A stretch of DNA of 62,319 nucleotides from positions 1-62,319 of the forward strand of contig JBKPHT010000139.1 in assembly GCA_046730015.1 (NCBI GenBank), given 5' to 3'. Shown here piece by piece: positions 52,216 through 62,062 of this stretch (the first letter of the stretch is position 1; every line of letters starts with the position of its first letter). The notes under the pieces are model-generated. The model did no database searches and was not told the origin of the DNA. It saw only the letters and a program-made list of their open reading frames with translations. The translations under genes and the position numbers were made by a program. This DNA is from Actinomycetota bacterium (lineage in GTDB: Bacteria > Actinomycetota > Acidimicrobiia > Acidimicrobiales > VFJN01).

Positions 52216-54372
52216 ATGTCGATCACTGCGCTCACTGACGCCGAGCTGCTCGACCAGGCCCGCAACGGGGACGAGGCGGCCTTCACCGAGCTCTACGTCC
52301 GTCACCAGGCCGCGGCCCTCCGGGTGGCCCGGACCTACCGGCGGACGGGCGACCCCGACGACCTGGTCAACGGCGCGTTCGAGCGGGTGCTCGGCGCGCT
52401 GCGCAAGGGCGGCGGGCCGACCGAGTCGTTCCGGGCCTACCTGTTCGTCACGCTGCGCCGCCTCGCCGCCGAGCAGGGCGACAAGCCGGACGACACGTCG
52501 CTCGACGCCGTCCCGGAGCCGGTCGGGGACGAGTCCGACAACCCCGAGCTCGACTCCGCCGACCGGGCGCTCATCGCCCAGGCGTACGAGTCGCTGCCCG
52601 ACCACTGGCAGGCCGTGCTGTGGCACACCGCGGTCGAGGGCCGCCAGCCCAAGGAGCTGGCCGGGGTGCTCGGCGTGTCGGCCAACGCGGCCGCCGCCAT
52701 GGCCTACCGGGCCCGGGAGAAGCTGCGGCAGGCCTACCTCCAGGCCCACCTGCTCGCCTCGCCGGCGCCGGAGCACGAGCCGTACCGGTCACAGCTGGGC
52801 GCCTACGTGCGCGACGGCCTGTCCAAGCGCGACCGCGCCGCGGTGCAGGCCCACCTCGACGGGTGCGAGTCGTGCCGGGCACTCGTGGCCGAGCTCGACG
52901 ACGTCAACCGGATGCTGGTCCGGTCGGTGGTGCCGCTGTTCCTGCTGGTCGGCGGCGGCAAGGCGGCCCTGGCCGCGGCTTCCGGCGGCGCCGCCGCGGG
53001 CGGGGCGGCTGCCGCATCCGGGTCCGGGTCGTCCGGGCCGTCCGGAGCCGGGCCCCGGACGCTGGCGTCCAAGGCCCGGAGCCTGGCGTCGCCGGTCGGC
53101 AGCGTCGCCGCCATCGGCGCCCTGGTCGCCGGGCTGGCCGTCATCGGCACGACCATGGCCCGGGAGGACGCCGGGCCGCTCAACCAGTCCGCCGACGCGG
53201 CGGACATCGGGTCGACCGGATCGGACGGCACCGGCCGCATCGGCGACGGGGACGGCGGGTCGGTGTTCGGGGACGACGACTTCGCCCTGAGCCCGTTCGA
53301 CGACTCGGCCATCGGCACCTTCGGCGACGTCGACTTCCGGCCGCGGTCCAGCCGCCCGCGGGCGATCCCCCGGCCCGGCAGGAGCAGCGGCACGTTCCCC
53401 GCCTCGGGGTCGGGCTCGGGAGCCGGGGCCGGCGCGGGCACCGGCGGCGCGGGCACCGGCCCGTCGGCGCCCGTGGACCCCGGCGCGCCCGTGACGTCCC
53501 CGGTCCCACCACCGGTCCCACCGCCGGTCCCACCACCGGTCCCACCGCCGGTCCCGCCGCCGGTCCCGCCGCCGGCGCCGGCGCCGCTCGGGTTCGGCAC
53601 GATCTCGTGGACACCTCAGGCACCGGGCAGCGGAACCCTCAGCCTCGCCATCGGCGAGCGCGGCGCCGCCCTCGCGTCCATGACCCCCCTCGCCGCACCG
53701 GCACCGGGCGTGGCGCCCGAGGCGACCGCCGACGCACCGCTGACGCTCCACCTGGAGCTCACCCCAGGCGCCCGCGTCGCCGCCGAGGGTCTGCTCGACC
53801 GGTGCTCCGCTCCCGCCGACCTCCCGGCGGGCGGACAGACCCTGGACTGCGCCTTCGACCAGCCGCCCGCCGGTGGCTCGGTGCCCACCTTCGACATCCC
53901 ACTCGCCGTGAGCCAGCCCGATGCCCATGTCACCGCCACGATCCTGCGCGGCGGCTCGGTCGAGGACACCCGTGTCGTCGCCCTCCCCGACTTCGCCTCC
54001 CGGCTGTCCGTCACCCCCGGATGGCAGCCCACCGGCGACGGCTCCACCGGGACCCTCACACTGACCGTCGCGCAGGACGGCGCCTGGCCGGTGGGCGACA
54101 TCACCGTCGAGATCGGCCTGACCGGCGGCGCCATGCCCGATCCCCGGCGGCCCCTCCCGGCCGGCTGCACCGCCGTGGAGCGCGGGTCCGAGCATGGCGT
54201 CCGCTGCACCCTGGTCGGCGTGGCCGGCGTGAGCCGCACTGACCTCGCCGTCCCTCTCGCCGTCACGGGCGAGGGGCAGAAGGCCACCGTCCGCCTGCTG
54301 CTCGGCACCATCCCGGTCGGCGCCGAGGTGACGGTCGAGCTTCCCGGCGGCACGCCCCCCGCCGGCACCTAG
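52216..54372 (+). CDS. ECF sigma factor fused to a zinc-finger anti-sigma domain, TM, Pro-rich linker and extracellular domains
   Basis: sigma2 (AFTELY.RH, SFRAYL), sigma4 (VLW.T.VEG..P.ELA), HLDGCESC. Confidence 0.88.
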   Translation: MSITALTDAELLDQARNGDEAAFTELYVRHQAAALRVARTYRRTGDPDDLVNGAFERVLGALRKGGGPTESFRAYLFVTLRRLAAEQGDKPDDTSLDAVPEPVGDESDNPELDSADRALIAQAYESLPDHWQAVLWHTAVEGRQPKELAGVLGVSANAAAAMAYRAREKLRQAYLQAHLLASPAPEHEPYRSQLGAYVRDGLSKRDRAAVQAHLDGCESCRALVAELDDVNRMLVRSVVPLFLLVGGGKAALAAASGGAAAGGAAAASGSGSSGPSGAGPRTLASKARSLASPVGSVAAIGALVAGLAVIGTTMAREDAGPLNQSADAADIGSTGSDGTGRIGDGDGGSVFGDDDFALSPFDDSAIGTFGDVDFRPRSSRPRAIPRPGRSSGTFPASGSGSGAGAGAGTGGAGTGPSAPVDPGAPVTSPVPPPVPPPVPPPVPPPVPPPVPPPAPAPLGFGTISWTPQAPGSGTLSLAIGERGAALASMTPLAAPAPGVAPEATADAPLTLHLELTPGARVAAEGLLDRCSAPADLPAGGQTLDCAFDQPPAGGSVPTFDIPLAVSQPDAHVTATILRGGSVEDTRVVALPDFASRLSVTPGWQPTGDGSTGTLTLTVAQDGAWPVGDITVEIGLTGGAMPDPRRPLPAGCTAVERGSEHGVRCTLVGVAGVSRTDLAVPLAVTGEGQKATVRLLLGTIPVGAEVTVELPGGTPPAGT
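53500..53575 (+). repeat. 12-bp tandem repeat, about six copies, encoding (PPPV)n
   Basis: ccggtcccacc[a/g] and ccggtcccgccg units. Confidence 0.85.
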
Positions 54373-54399
54373 AGGTGCCGCCGCCGGCGCTTCCGGCGA

Positions 54400-54990
54400 T
54401 CAGCCCCGGCCGTCGGTGTCGGCGTCGGACCGGAAGTTCTCCCAGTAGCGGCTCGGGGTCGGGCCCCGCTGGCCCTGGTACTTCGACCCGACCCTCGACG
54501 ACCCGTAGGGGACGTCCGCCGGCGTCGTCATGGCCAGGAAGCTCACCTGGCCGATCTTCATCCCCGGGTAGAGCGTGATGGGCAGGTTGGCCACGTTGGA
54601 CAGCTCCAGCGTGATGTGCCCGGAGAAGCCGGCGTCGATGAACCCCGCCGTCGAGTGGATCAGCAGGCCCAGCCGGCCCAGGCTGCTCTTCCCCTCGATC
54701 CGGGCCACCAGGTCGTCGGGCAGCGTCACCCGCTCCGATGTCGAGCCCAGCACGAACTCGCCCGGGTGCAGGATGAACGCGTCGCCCGCCGCGATCTCGA
54801 CGAGCCGGGTCAGGTCCTCGAGGTCCTGCTTCACGTCGATGACGGGCATCGTGTGGTTGAGGAACACCCGGAACAGGTTGTCGAGGCGCACGTCGACCGA
54901 GGACGGCTGCACGCACGAGTCGTCGAACGGGTCGATGCCGATGCGCCCGGCGGCCAGCTGCTCGCGGATGGTGCGGTCCGACAGGATCAT
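54400..54990 (-). CDS. dcd: dCTP deaminase
   Basis: [42 protein letters not shown]. Confidence 0.97.
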   Translation of the reverse strand: MILSDRTIREQLAAGRIGIDPFDDSCVQPSSVDVRLDNLFRVFLNHTMPVIDVKQDLEDLTRLVEIAAGDAFILHPGEFVLGSTSERVTLPDDLVARIEGKSSLGRLGLLIHSTAGFIDAGFSGHITLELSNVANLPITLYPGMKIGQVSFLAMTTPADVPYGSSRVGSKYQGQRGPTPSRYWENFRSDADTDGRG

Positions 54991-55002
54991 CGGCCGACGA
55001 CC

Positions 55003-56424
55003 CTACCCGGCCACCCCCACCGGCTCCGGCGCCGGGGCCCGAGGCAGCTCGACCCGCACCGTCGTGCCCTCGCCCGGAGCGGTCACCAGCGAGGCCCGCC
55101 CGCCGTGGGCCACCGCGATCGCCTGCACGATCGCCAACCCCAACCCCGATCCGCCCCGCGCCCGGGCCCGACCCGGGTCGCCCCGGTAGAACCGCTCGTA
55201 CGCGTGGGCGGCCTGGTCGGCCGGCATCCCCGGCCCGTCGTCCCGCACCTCCAGCACCGCCCCGCCCTCCTCCGCCCGGGCCGCCACCGAGATCGTCGCG
55301 GTCGGCGGCGTGTGCATGAGGGCGTTGCCGACCAGGTTGGCCAGCACCTGGCGCAATCGGTCCTCGTCGCCCTCGACAACGACCCCCTCCTGGGTCGAAG
55401 CCCGCACCGCGCGGGTCGGAGTGGTCGCCCGCGCGTCGCCCGCCGCGTCGATCGCCAGCACGCCCAGGTCGACCGGCCGGCGGCCGAGCGGCCGGCCGCG
55501 GTCGAGTCGCGCCAGCAACAGCATGTCGTCGACCAGGGCCGTCATCCTCTGGGCCTCGGCCTCGGTGCGCCGCATGGCCTGGGCCAGGTCGTCCGGGTCG
55601 TCGAGCGCGCCCTGGCGGTGGAGCTCGGCGTAGCCGCGGATGGTCGTCACCGGCGTCCGCAGCTCGTGGCTGGCGTCGGCCACGAACCGGCGGAGGCGGT
55701 CCTCGGAGGCCTGCCGCACGGCGAACGACCCCTCGATGCGGGCGAGCATGGCGTTGAGCGCCGCTCCGAGCTGGCCCGCCTCGGTACGCGCCGGCGCCGG
55801 CGGCACCCGGTGGCCCAGGTCGCCGCCCGCGATCGCGGTGGCCGTCCGCGTCATCGCCTTGAGCGGCCGGACGCCCAGGCGCAGCACCCAGAACGCCACC
55901 AGGCCCAGCAAGCCCAGCACGGCCGCGGTGGCCACCACCTCGACCGTGACCAGCCGGGCCATGGCCGCGTCGACGTCCTCCAGCGAGGTCGCCACCAGGT
56001 CGATCCGCCCGTACCCGCCCGCCGTGGCGCGCACCCGGTAGCGGACCCCGGGGTCGTCGGAGCCGACCGTGAAGTACGGGTCGCCCCCGTCCGCCGCGGC
56101 CCGGGCGTCGGCCGCGTCGACGTCGGGCACCGGGGCGGACCCGCCCTCGGCGCCGGAGCCGTCGGCGCCCAGGTCGGGAGACCGCACGGTGGTCACCATG
56201 TCGCCGTCGACGGTCCCGAACCAGTAGGGGCTGAACGGCCGGTTCGGACCGCCGGCCGCGTCCCCGTGGCCCGGGTCCCACTCGGCGGTCGACCCCGCCG
56301 GCAGCCGGGCGTCGACCTGCTCCACCAGGTACGCCTGAGAGGCGCGGGTCACCGCCACGGCCACGCCCACCAGCACGACTGCGACGACCCCGAGCCCCAC
56401 CAGGAGGCGGGCGCGGAGCGACAC
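55003..56424 (-). CDS. HAMP-domain sensor histidine kinase
   Basis: H-box DASHELRTP, NLVGNA, DDGPG, GSGLGL. Confidence 0.95.
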   Translation of the reverse strand: MSLRARLLVGLGVVAVVLVGVAVAVTRASQAYLVEQVDARLPAGSTAEWDPGHGDAAGGPNRPFSPYWFGTVDGDMVTTVRSPDLGADGSGAEGGSAPVPDVDAADARAAADGGDPYFTVGSDDPGVRYRVRATAGGYGRIDLVATSLEDVDAAMARLVTVEVVATAAVLGLLGLVAFWVLRLGVRPLKAMTRTATAIAGGDLGHRVPPAPARTEAGQLGAALNAMLARIEGSFAVRQASEDRLRRFVADASHELRTPVTTIRGYAELHRQGALDDPDDLAQAMRRTEAEAQRMTALVDDMLLLARLDRGRPLGRRPVDLGVLAIDAAGDARATTPTRAVRASTQEGVVVEGDEDRLRQVLANLVGNALMHTPPTATISVAARAEEGGAVLEVRDDGPGMPADQAAHAYERFYRGDPGRARARGGSGLGLAIVQAIAVAHGGRASLVTAPGEGTTVRVELPRAPAPEPVGVAG

Positions 56425-57105
56425 TCAACGCTCCCGCATGGTGTAGCCGACGCCCCGGATGGTGTGGATCAGTCGGGGCCCGGTGGCGTCGAGCTTGCGG
56501 CGGAGGTACCCGATGTAGGTCTCGACCACCCCGCCGTCGCCGCCGAAGTCGTAGTTCCACACGTGGTCGAGGATCTGAGGCTTGGACAGCACCCGGCCGT
56601 GGTTGGCCATGAGGAAGCGGAGCAGGTTGAACTCGGTGGGCGACAGCTCCACGTCCTCGCCGCCCCGGGTGACCCGGTGGGCGTCGTCGTCGAGCACCAG
56701 GTCGGAGAACGTGAGCAGTGCCTCGGCCCGGGCCGCTCCCGCCCGCCGGAGCACCGCCTGGATGCGGGCCACCAGCTCCTCCAGGCTGAACGGCTTGACC
56801 AGGTAGTCGTCGCCGCCGGTCGTCAGCCCCCGCACCGTGTCGTCGGTGCCGTCCCGGGCGGTGAGGAACACCACTGGGGTCCGCCGCCCGTCCTGCCGCC
56901 ACCGCCGGCACACCTCGAAGCCGTCGAGGTCCGGCAGCATGACGTCGAGCACCACCAGGTCGGGCTCCAGCCCCCCCACCGCCTCGATCGCCGCCCGCCC
57001 CGTGGCGACCGCATGCACGTCGAACCCGGAGTGGCGCAGCGCCGCCTCGAGCATGGACCGGAGGTTGTCCTCGTCGTCCACCAGCAGGAGCCGTTCGCCG
57101 CTCAT
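56425..57105 (-). CDS. OmpR/PhoB-family response regulator
   Basis: LVDDE, LDVMLP, FLTA, DYLVKPF; winged helix with TIRGVGY. Confidence 0.96.
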   Translation of the reverse strand: MSGERLLLVDDEDNLRSMLEAALRHSGFDVHAVATGRAAIEAVGGLEPDLVVLDVMLPDLDGFEVCRRWRQDGRRTPVVFLTARDGTDDTVRGLTTGGDDYLVKPFSLEELVARIQAVLRRAGAARAEALLTFSDLVLDDDAHRVTRGGEDVELSPTEFNLLRFLMANHGRVLSKPQILDHVWNYDFGGDGGVVETYIGYLRRKLDATGPRLIHTIRGVGYTMRER

Positions 57106-57128
57106 GGCGGTCAGCCTGACGGACCGGG

Positions 57129-57167
57129 CTGGGAGTCGGCTGAGTGGCACCTGGGAGCCAGCCGAGT
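57129..57167. promoter_or_regulatory. Four hexamer boxes at 11-bp spacing (OmpR-type operator)
   Basis: ctggga (57129), ctgagt (57140), ctggga (57151), ccgagt (57162). Confidence 0.65.
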
Positions 57168-57310
57168 ACACCGCAGAGAGTCGGGCGTCGGGCGTCGCTC
57201 GGGTCGGGGTCGGGTCGGCGGCGGGCGTCCAGGAAGCTCGCAGGTTGCCGTGCGGGACGCTGGAGGTTCGCCGCGTCTACTGGTCGGCACCCGACAGAAA
57301 GGACACAGCG

Positions 57311-57649
57311 ATGCAGTGGACCCCGAGACGCGTGGCGGCCGCCACCGCGGTCGCCGCCATCGTGCTCATCGGCGGCGCCGGCTGGGCGGCCGCCCAGGAC
57401 TCACCGACCACCACGACCCCCGACGACGACACGACGGAGACGACCCGGCCGGACGACGGCGACACGGGCGACGGCCGCGACGACGGGTCCCGCTCCGAGC
57501 CGCGGTCGGGCAGCCGGGAGGACTGCCCCGAGCGCGACGGCTCGGGCGACCAGGGGTCGTCTGACTCGGGCTCGTCGGACGACACCGGCGAGACCGAGGG
57601 GTCGTCGACCGAGGGGTCGTCGGCCGAGGCGGCGGTGCTGATGACCTGA
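57311..57649 (+). CDS. Small secreted Asp/Ser/Thr-rich protein
   Basis: Signal peptide ending WAAA; single C in EDCPER; low complexity. Confidence 0.75.
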   Translation: MQWTPRRVAAATAVAAIVLIGGAGWAAAQDSPTTTTPDDDTTETTRPDDGDTGDGRDDGSRSEPRSGSREDCPERDGSGDQGSSDSGSSDDTGETEGSSTEGSSAEAAVLMT

Positions 57650-57822
57650 CGCCGCCACCGCACCTCACCGCCACGACCGCCCCGGGTGCCTTCGTGCCGC
57701 ACCCGGGGCGGATCGGGATCGCTGCCGGGAGCTCTTCGGCTGCATCGATATCGGCGAACGTGTCACCACCGCGGCGCACGACAGCATCGGGACACTGACC
57801 GGGTCCCTGGAACAGGTTCACG

Positions 57823-57977
57823 TGTTGTGGGGTCCGAGGTCCAGCATGCTGGGCAGGAGGACAGGACCACGATGAAGCGTCACCGTCATACGCCCGAGCA
57901 GATCGTCCGTAAGCTGGGCGAGGGGTGACCGCCTGTTGAACGAGGGCGAGGATCTCGCTGAGGTGCTGTGGCACCTC
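57823..57977 (+). mobile_element. IS3-family left-end remnant (IRL plus truncated orfA)
   Basis: TG-starting end TGTTGTGGGGTCC; AGGAGG; MKRHRHTPEQIVRKL.EG/DRLLNEG..LAEVL..HL, frameshifted and then truncated. Confidence 0.7.
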
Positions 57978-57985
57978 TTCGATGT

Positions 57986-58345
57986 TCACTCCGGCGGCGC
58001 CGGCCAGTACATCCCGACCGGACGGACCTCGACTGCACCCCCGATGCGGGCGGCGGGGATCCGCGCGGCGAACCCGATCGCTGCGTCCTTGTCTTCGGCC
58101 TCGAAGACGTAGAAGCTGCCGGGCGTAGCGTCGATCCCGCCCACCGTCCCATCGGAGGTGATCGTCTGGCCGTCCTTCACTCGCACAGTCGTGGCGTCCT
58201 TCCGGTGGCCGAGGGGGAAGTTCGCTTTCATGCCCGATGTGGCCACGATCTCCGGATACTTGGCGAGTTCGGCGCTCTCCTCCTCAGAGAACACTCCCTC
58301 CTCGAGAAGCTCCCACGGCTGATAGATCACCAACACGAATTCCAT
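57986..58345 (-). CDS. YciI-family protein, divergent (DGPF motif altered)
   Basis: ATTVRV.DG..ITSDG, F.A.D.DAA..AARIP.AR.GGAVEVRP. Confidence 0.8.
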   Translation of the reverse strand: MEFVLVIYQPWELLEEGVFSEEESAELAKYPEIVATSGMKANFPLGHRKDATTVRVKDGQTITSDGTVGGIDATPGSFYVFEAEDKDAAIGFAARIPAARIGGAVEVRPVGMYWPAPPE

Positions 58346-58693
58346 GACAACCTCCTGGTCTAATGACTGACTGATCGACGACCAGGACTTACTGCCTGAT
58401 CGACTTGTACGACCTGCCGGCGTGTCACTGCACGGCTGCACGCGGGAACACCCCGAACGACGCGGCGGTGCAGACAGCAGCGAACAGCACGATGACGACG
58501 CCGAGGCACAGGAACGCCATCGCCGTGCTGCTTGGTCATTCCGAAGATGTCGTGCAGTCCCGCACCGGCGTGGTCGACGACGCCATAACGCGGCAGCGCG
58601 CGCACTTGGGTCAAGGGCAGGAACTTGGCGACTGCGGTGAGCCCCACGGGCATGACTGATCGAAAACATCGACCCGGCGAGGAACCACAGGTC

Positions 58694-59887
58694 CTATACG
58701 AATGGCTCAGTGAGGGCCGGAGTTTCGCCGTGCCTGGCCTGCAGCAGTTGGCGGCGCTTGTCGTCCTTGGCGTGCCACTTGAACGACCCGGGCTTCCGAG
58801 CCTCGTGGACCAGCCCCTTGATAGTGCTCCCGCAGATGAGCTCCTTGGTCTTCGCACCAAGGCGGCCGCCGATGTGGAACCCTCGTGCGACGTCGTTCCC
58901 GTGCGCGAACTGGAAGATGCCGCCCCGACGACCCAGGCTGATGCACTGGCCGAAGAACCCCTCGGCGACAGGCGCCGGTTGCTGACCTGCGATCCTGCTG
59001 AGCACCGTGTCGGCAGCGTGCGCGCCCAGTGGCAGCGCGGCCTGGCAGCTCATCCGCAGCGGCAGGTCCGACGGCGCCGCTGAATCACCGGCCGCGACGA
59101 TGCGCTCGTCGTCCACGCTCGTCAACGTCTCGTCGGTGAGCAGGCGGCCCATGGCGTCGGTGCACAGTCCACTGCGGGACGCGAGGTCCGGCACGCAGAA
59201 TCCCACGGTCCAGATCGTCACCTCGCTCAGCAACACACGGCCGTCGCTGAGCTGCACCGCATCCCGAGTCACGGCCGTCGCGTCGGGGCCTTCGAGCACG
59301 GTCACACCGAGTTTGGCCAGCCGCTTTGCCACCGAACGTCGACCCCGCGGGTGCAGGTACGAGCCGAGCACCTCGCCGCACACCAGGGTCACGGTGCGGC
59401 CCAGCTCGGCCAGCTCGGCCGCGATCTCGATGCCTTGCGGACCGGCGCCGACCACCGTCACCGGGGCAGTCATTGCCGCGGCGTCGAGGACGGGCCGTAG
59501 GCGCTGGGCCGCCTCCAGGCTGGCGATCGGGTAGGCGAACTCGGCCGCACCGGGCACGCTGCGGTCGGTGCTGGCACTGCCCACTGCGTAGATCAGGTAG
59601 TCGTAGCCGACCGTGCCGCCCGTCGCCAGCGTCACGCTGCGCTCAGCCGCCTCAATCCGTATCACAGTGTCGACCACCAGCTGGATGCGCTCGGCCAGGA
59701 CCTCTCCGTAGTCGGCGACCGCGTCGTGGGACCCGCCCACCAGCTGGTGCAGGCGGATCCGCTGTACGAAGCTCGGGCGCGGGTTGATCAGCGTCACTGT
59801 CACGTCGTCGCGCTGCGTCAGCCGATTGGCGGCCATAGCGCCGGCATAACCGCCGCCAATCACGACAACATCGGTCTTCTCAGCCAT
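58694..59887 (-). CDS. FAD-dependent oxidoreductase (NDH-2-like)
   Basis: VIGGGYAG, YLIYAVGS, VGAG..G.E.A.E, AAGD. Confidence 0.9.
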   Translation of the reverse strand: MAEKTDVVVIGGGYAGAMAANRLTQRDDVTVTLINPRPSFVQRIRLHQLVGGSHDAVADYGEVLAERIQLVVDTVIRIEAAERSVTLATGGTVGYDYLIYAVGSASTDRSVPGAAEFAYPIASLEAAQRLRPVLDAAAMTAPVTVVGAGPQGIEIAAELAELGRTVTLVCGEVLGSYLHPRGRRSVAKRLAKLGVTVLEGPDATAVTRDAVQLSDGRVLLSEVTIWTVGFCVPDLASRSGLCTDAMGRLLTDETLTSVDDERIVAAGDSAAPSDLPLRMSCQAALPLGAHAADTVLSRIAGQQPAPVAEGFFGQCISLGRRGGIFQFAHGNDVARGFHIGGRLGAKTKELICGSTIKGLVHEARKPGSFKWHAKDDKRRQLLQARHGETPALTEPFV

Positions 59888-60211
59888 GGGGCACCTTCCT
59901 TCCAGGGAGAGCGCTTCGGGTTCCGACCGGGAGTGCGCGGGCGACCTCCAACGGCCGACGGTGTCTGCTGCTGTAGGTGTCGACGGGGCAGTCGTTGCGG
60001 CCGCCAAGCGCGAACGCGCCGATTACGTCCTCGATTTGTCGCTGCGTGTCGGTTCTGGACAGGCCCCAGAGCCGCGCGTGGCCAGATACTGGCGCGACCG
60101 TTGTCGTGAGCATGCCGGGGCTGGTGCGGCTCGGCAGCTCACACGGAAGGCAGACGCGGTTGTCGCTCATACCCAGGCGACGAACGAGCACCAGCCCAGG
60201 GGACAGCCGGG

Positions 60212-61369
60212 CTAGAACTGTTCGAGCCGCCGGGTCAGGAACCGCCGCTCGGGGGTCGAGGTGGCCAGTTCGAGCGCGCGCCGGTACGCCGCGCGGGCCT
60301 CATCATTGTGGCCGAGACGCCGCAACAGCTCCCCGCGGGTCGAGTGGAAATAGAGGTAGCGGTCCAGGTCGAGGCGGTTGACGGCGCGCAGCGCCGCGTC
60401 GACATCGCCAGTTTGGGCGATCGCCACGGCGCGGTTGAGCTCGACAACCGGGGAGCCGGTGAGTTCGACCAGCCGCCGGTACAGGTCGGCGACCTGCGGC
60501 CAGTCGATCCGCTCCCGGGTCTGCAGCGAGGCGATCGCCGCCTGCACCACGTAGGCGCCGCGCCCGCCCAACGCGATCGCCCGGTCGAGCACCGCCCGTC
60601 CCGCCGCGATCTGGCGCAGGTCCCACAGCGACCGGTCCTGATCGTCGAGCAGCACGAGATCCTCGCCGGAGAACCGGGCCCGCCGCCGGGCGTGGTGGGT
60701 CATCATCAGCGCGAGCAGCCCGTGTGCCTCTGGCTCGTCCGGCATGAGCGCGGCGAGCACTCGCCCCAGGCGGATGGCTTCGGCGCCGAGGTCGACCCTG
60801 CCACGGTAGCCCTCGTTGTAGATCAGGTAGATGACGGCAAGCACCGCATCGAGGCGGTCCGGAAGTAGGTGCGCGTCGGGAACCGCGAACGGGATCCCGG
60901 TCGCCTTGATCTTGGCCTTGGCGCGGGACAGGCGGCGCTTCATGGTCTCCTCGGGGACCAGGAACGCGCGGGCGATCTCGACGGTCTCCAGGCCCCCGAG
61001 GGTCCGCAGCGTGAGCGCCACCTGCGCCTCCAGCGGCAGCGCCGGGTGGCAGCAGGTGAAGATCAGCTCGAGCCGTTCGTCCCTGATCACGGTGTCGTCG
61101 AACTCGTCCATGACGGCCGCGGGTACCGGCAGCAGGTGCATCTTGTCGGCCAGGGTGCGCTCCCGGCGGATCCGGTCGATCGCCCGGTTGCGGGCCGTCG
61201 TCACCAGCCACGCACCCGGGTTGGCCGGCACGCCCGATGCGGGCCAGCGCTGCGCCGCGATCGCGAACGCCTCCTGTGCGGTTTCCTCGGCCTTGTCGAC
61301 GTCACCGAGGAACCCGACCAGCGAGGCCAGCACCCGGCCCCACTCGTCCCGGAAGACCTCCTCCAGCAC
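60212..61369 (-). CDS. ECF sigma factor with a long C-terminal extension (ECF42-like)
   Basis: GAWL.TTARNRAID, LIFTCCHPAL, L.DQDRSLWD, QAAIA, PVV.LNRAVA. Confidence 0.92.
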   Translation of the reverse strand: MLEEVFRDEWGRVLASLVGFLGDVDKAEETAQEAFAIAAQRWPASGVPANPGAWLVTTARNRAIDRIRRERTLADKMHLLPVPAAVMDEFDDTVIRDERLELIFTCCHPALPLEAQVALTLRTLGGLETVEIARAFLVPEETMKRRLSRAKAKIKATGIPFAVPDAHLLPDRLDAVLAVIYLIYNEGYRGRVDLGAEAIRLGRVLAALMPDEPEAHGLLALMMTHHARRRARFSGEDLVLLDDQDRSLWDLRQIAAGRAVLDRAIALGGRGAYVVQAAIASLQTRERIDWPQVADLYRRLVELTGSPVVELNRAVAIAQTGDVDAALRAVNRLDLDRYLYFHSTRGELLRRLGHNDEARAAYRRALELATSTPERRFLTRRLEQF

Positions 61370-61371
61370 GG

Positions 61372-61710
61372 TCAGCGCTGCACCACTGGCCTGACCTCCA
61401 CCAGCCCGCCGAGCCGGGCGGCCGGGAGGCGCGCCGCCAGCTCCATCGCCTCGTCCAGATTGGCCGCCTCGACCAGGCAGAAGCCGCCGAGCACCTCTTT
61501 GGTGTCCGCGAACGGGCCGTCGGTCATCAGCATCCGGCCACCCACGACGCGCACGCAGGTCGCCGTCGCGGCGGGCTGCAGCTGCACACCGCCGACCCAC
61601 CGCGGGTCAACGGGCAGCGCCAAAAACTCGGCGTACACCGCCTCACGTTCCGCATCGGGCAGCGCCTCCAGATAGCCGGGCTCCGCGTAGATCGCCAGCG
61701 CGTACTGCAT
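61372..61710 (-). CDS. YciI/DGPF-family protein
   Basis: TDGPFADTKEVLGGF, G.VEVRP. Confidence 0.93.
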   Translation of the reverse strand: MQYALAIYAEPGYLEALPDAEREAVYAEFLALPVDPRWVGGVQLQPAATATCVRVVGGRMLMTDGPFADTKEVLGGFCLVEAANLDEAMELAARLPAARLGGLVEVRPVVQR

Positions 61711-61744
61711 CGCAACCTCCGGGGCAGTGGGCTCTCACCTATAT

Positions 61745-61771
61745 GACGAACGAGCAGCCGCGTATGGGACA
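61745..61771 (-). promoter_or_regulatory. Putative ECF promoter upstream of yciI-ecf
   Basis: Minus strand TGTCCC-N17-CGTC. Confidence 0.4.
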
Positions 61772-62062
61772 CCACCGGGGTTACAGACCTCCAGGACCGC
61801 CGAGACCCCCTAGCGCCGCCACTGCCACGCCGCACCAACCGGCAAGTCAGGGGCGGTTGAGCGCATACGATCCACGGGTGCAGAGTCGTCGAGATGCGCT
61901 CGTGGGCTCGCCGCTGGGCTCCGCGACGAATGAGGGCTGAAGCAGCCGTTCTCGCCCCGCTGCTCGCGGTCGCCCTGGCTTGCGGGGAGCGAGAGCCTGT
62001 CTACCGTGCATGCACCGACTCCACCTGTAGCTCTGTGGTAACCGTGGAGCCGGACAGCGTTC

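Noticed and set aside
59890-60210. ORFs 59880-60191 and 59886-60215
   Set aside because: No motif, RBS or codon bias support.
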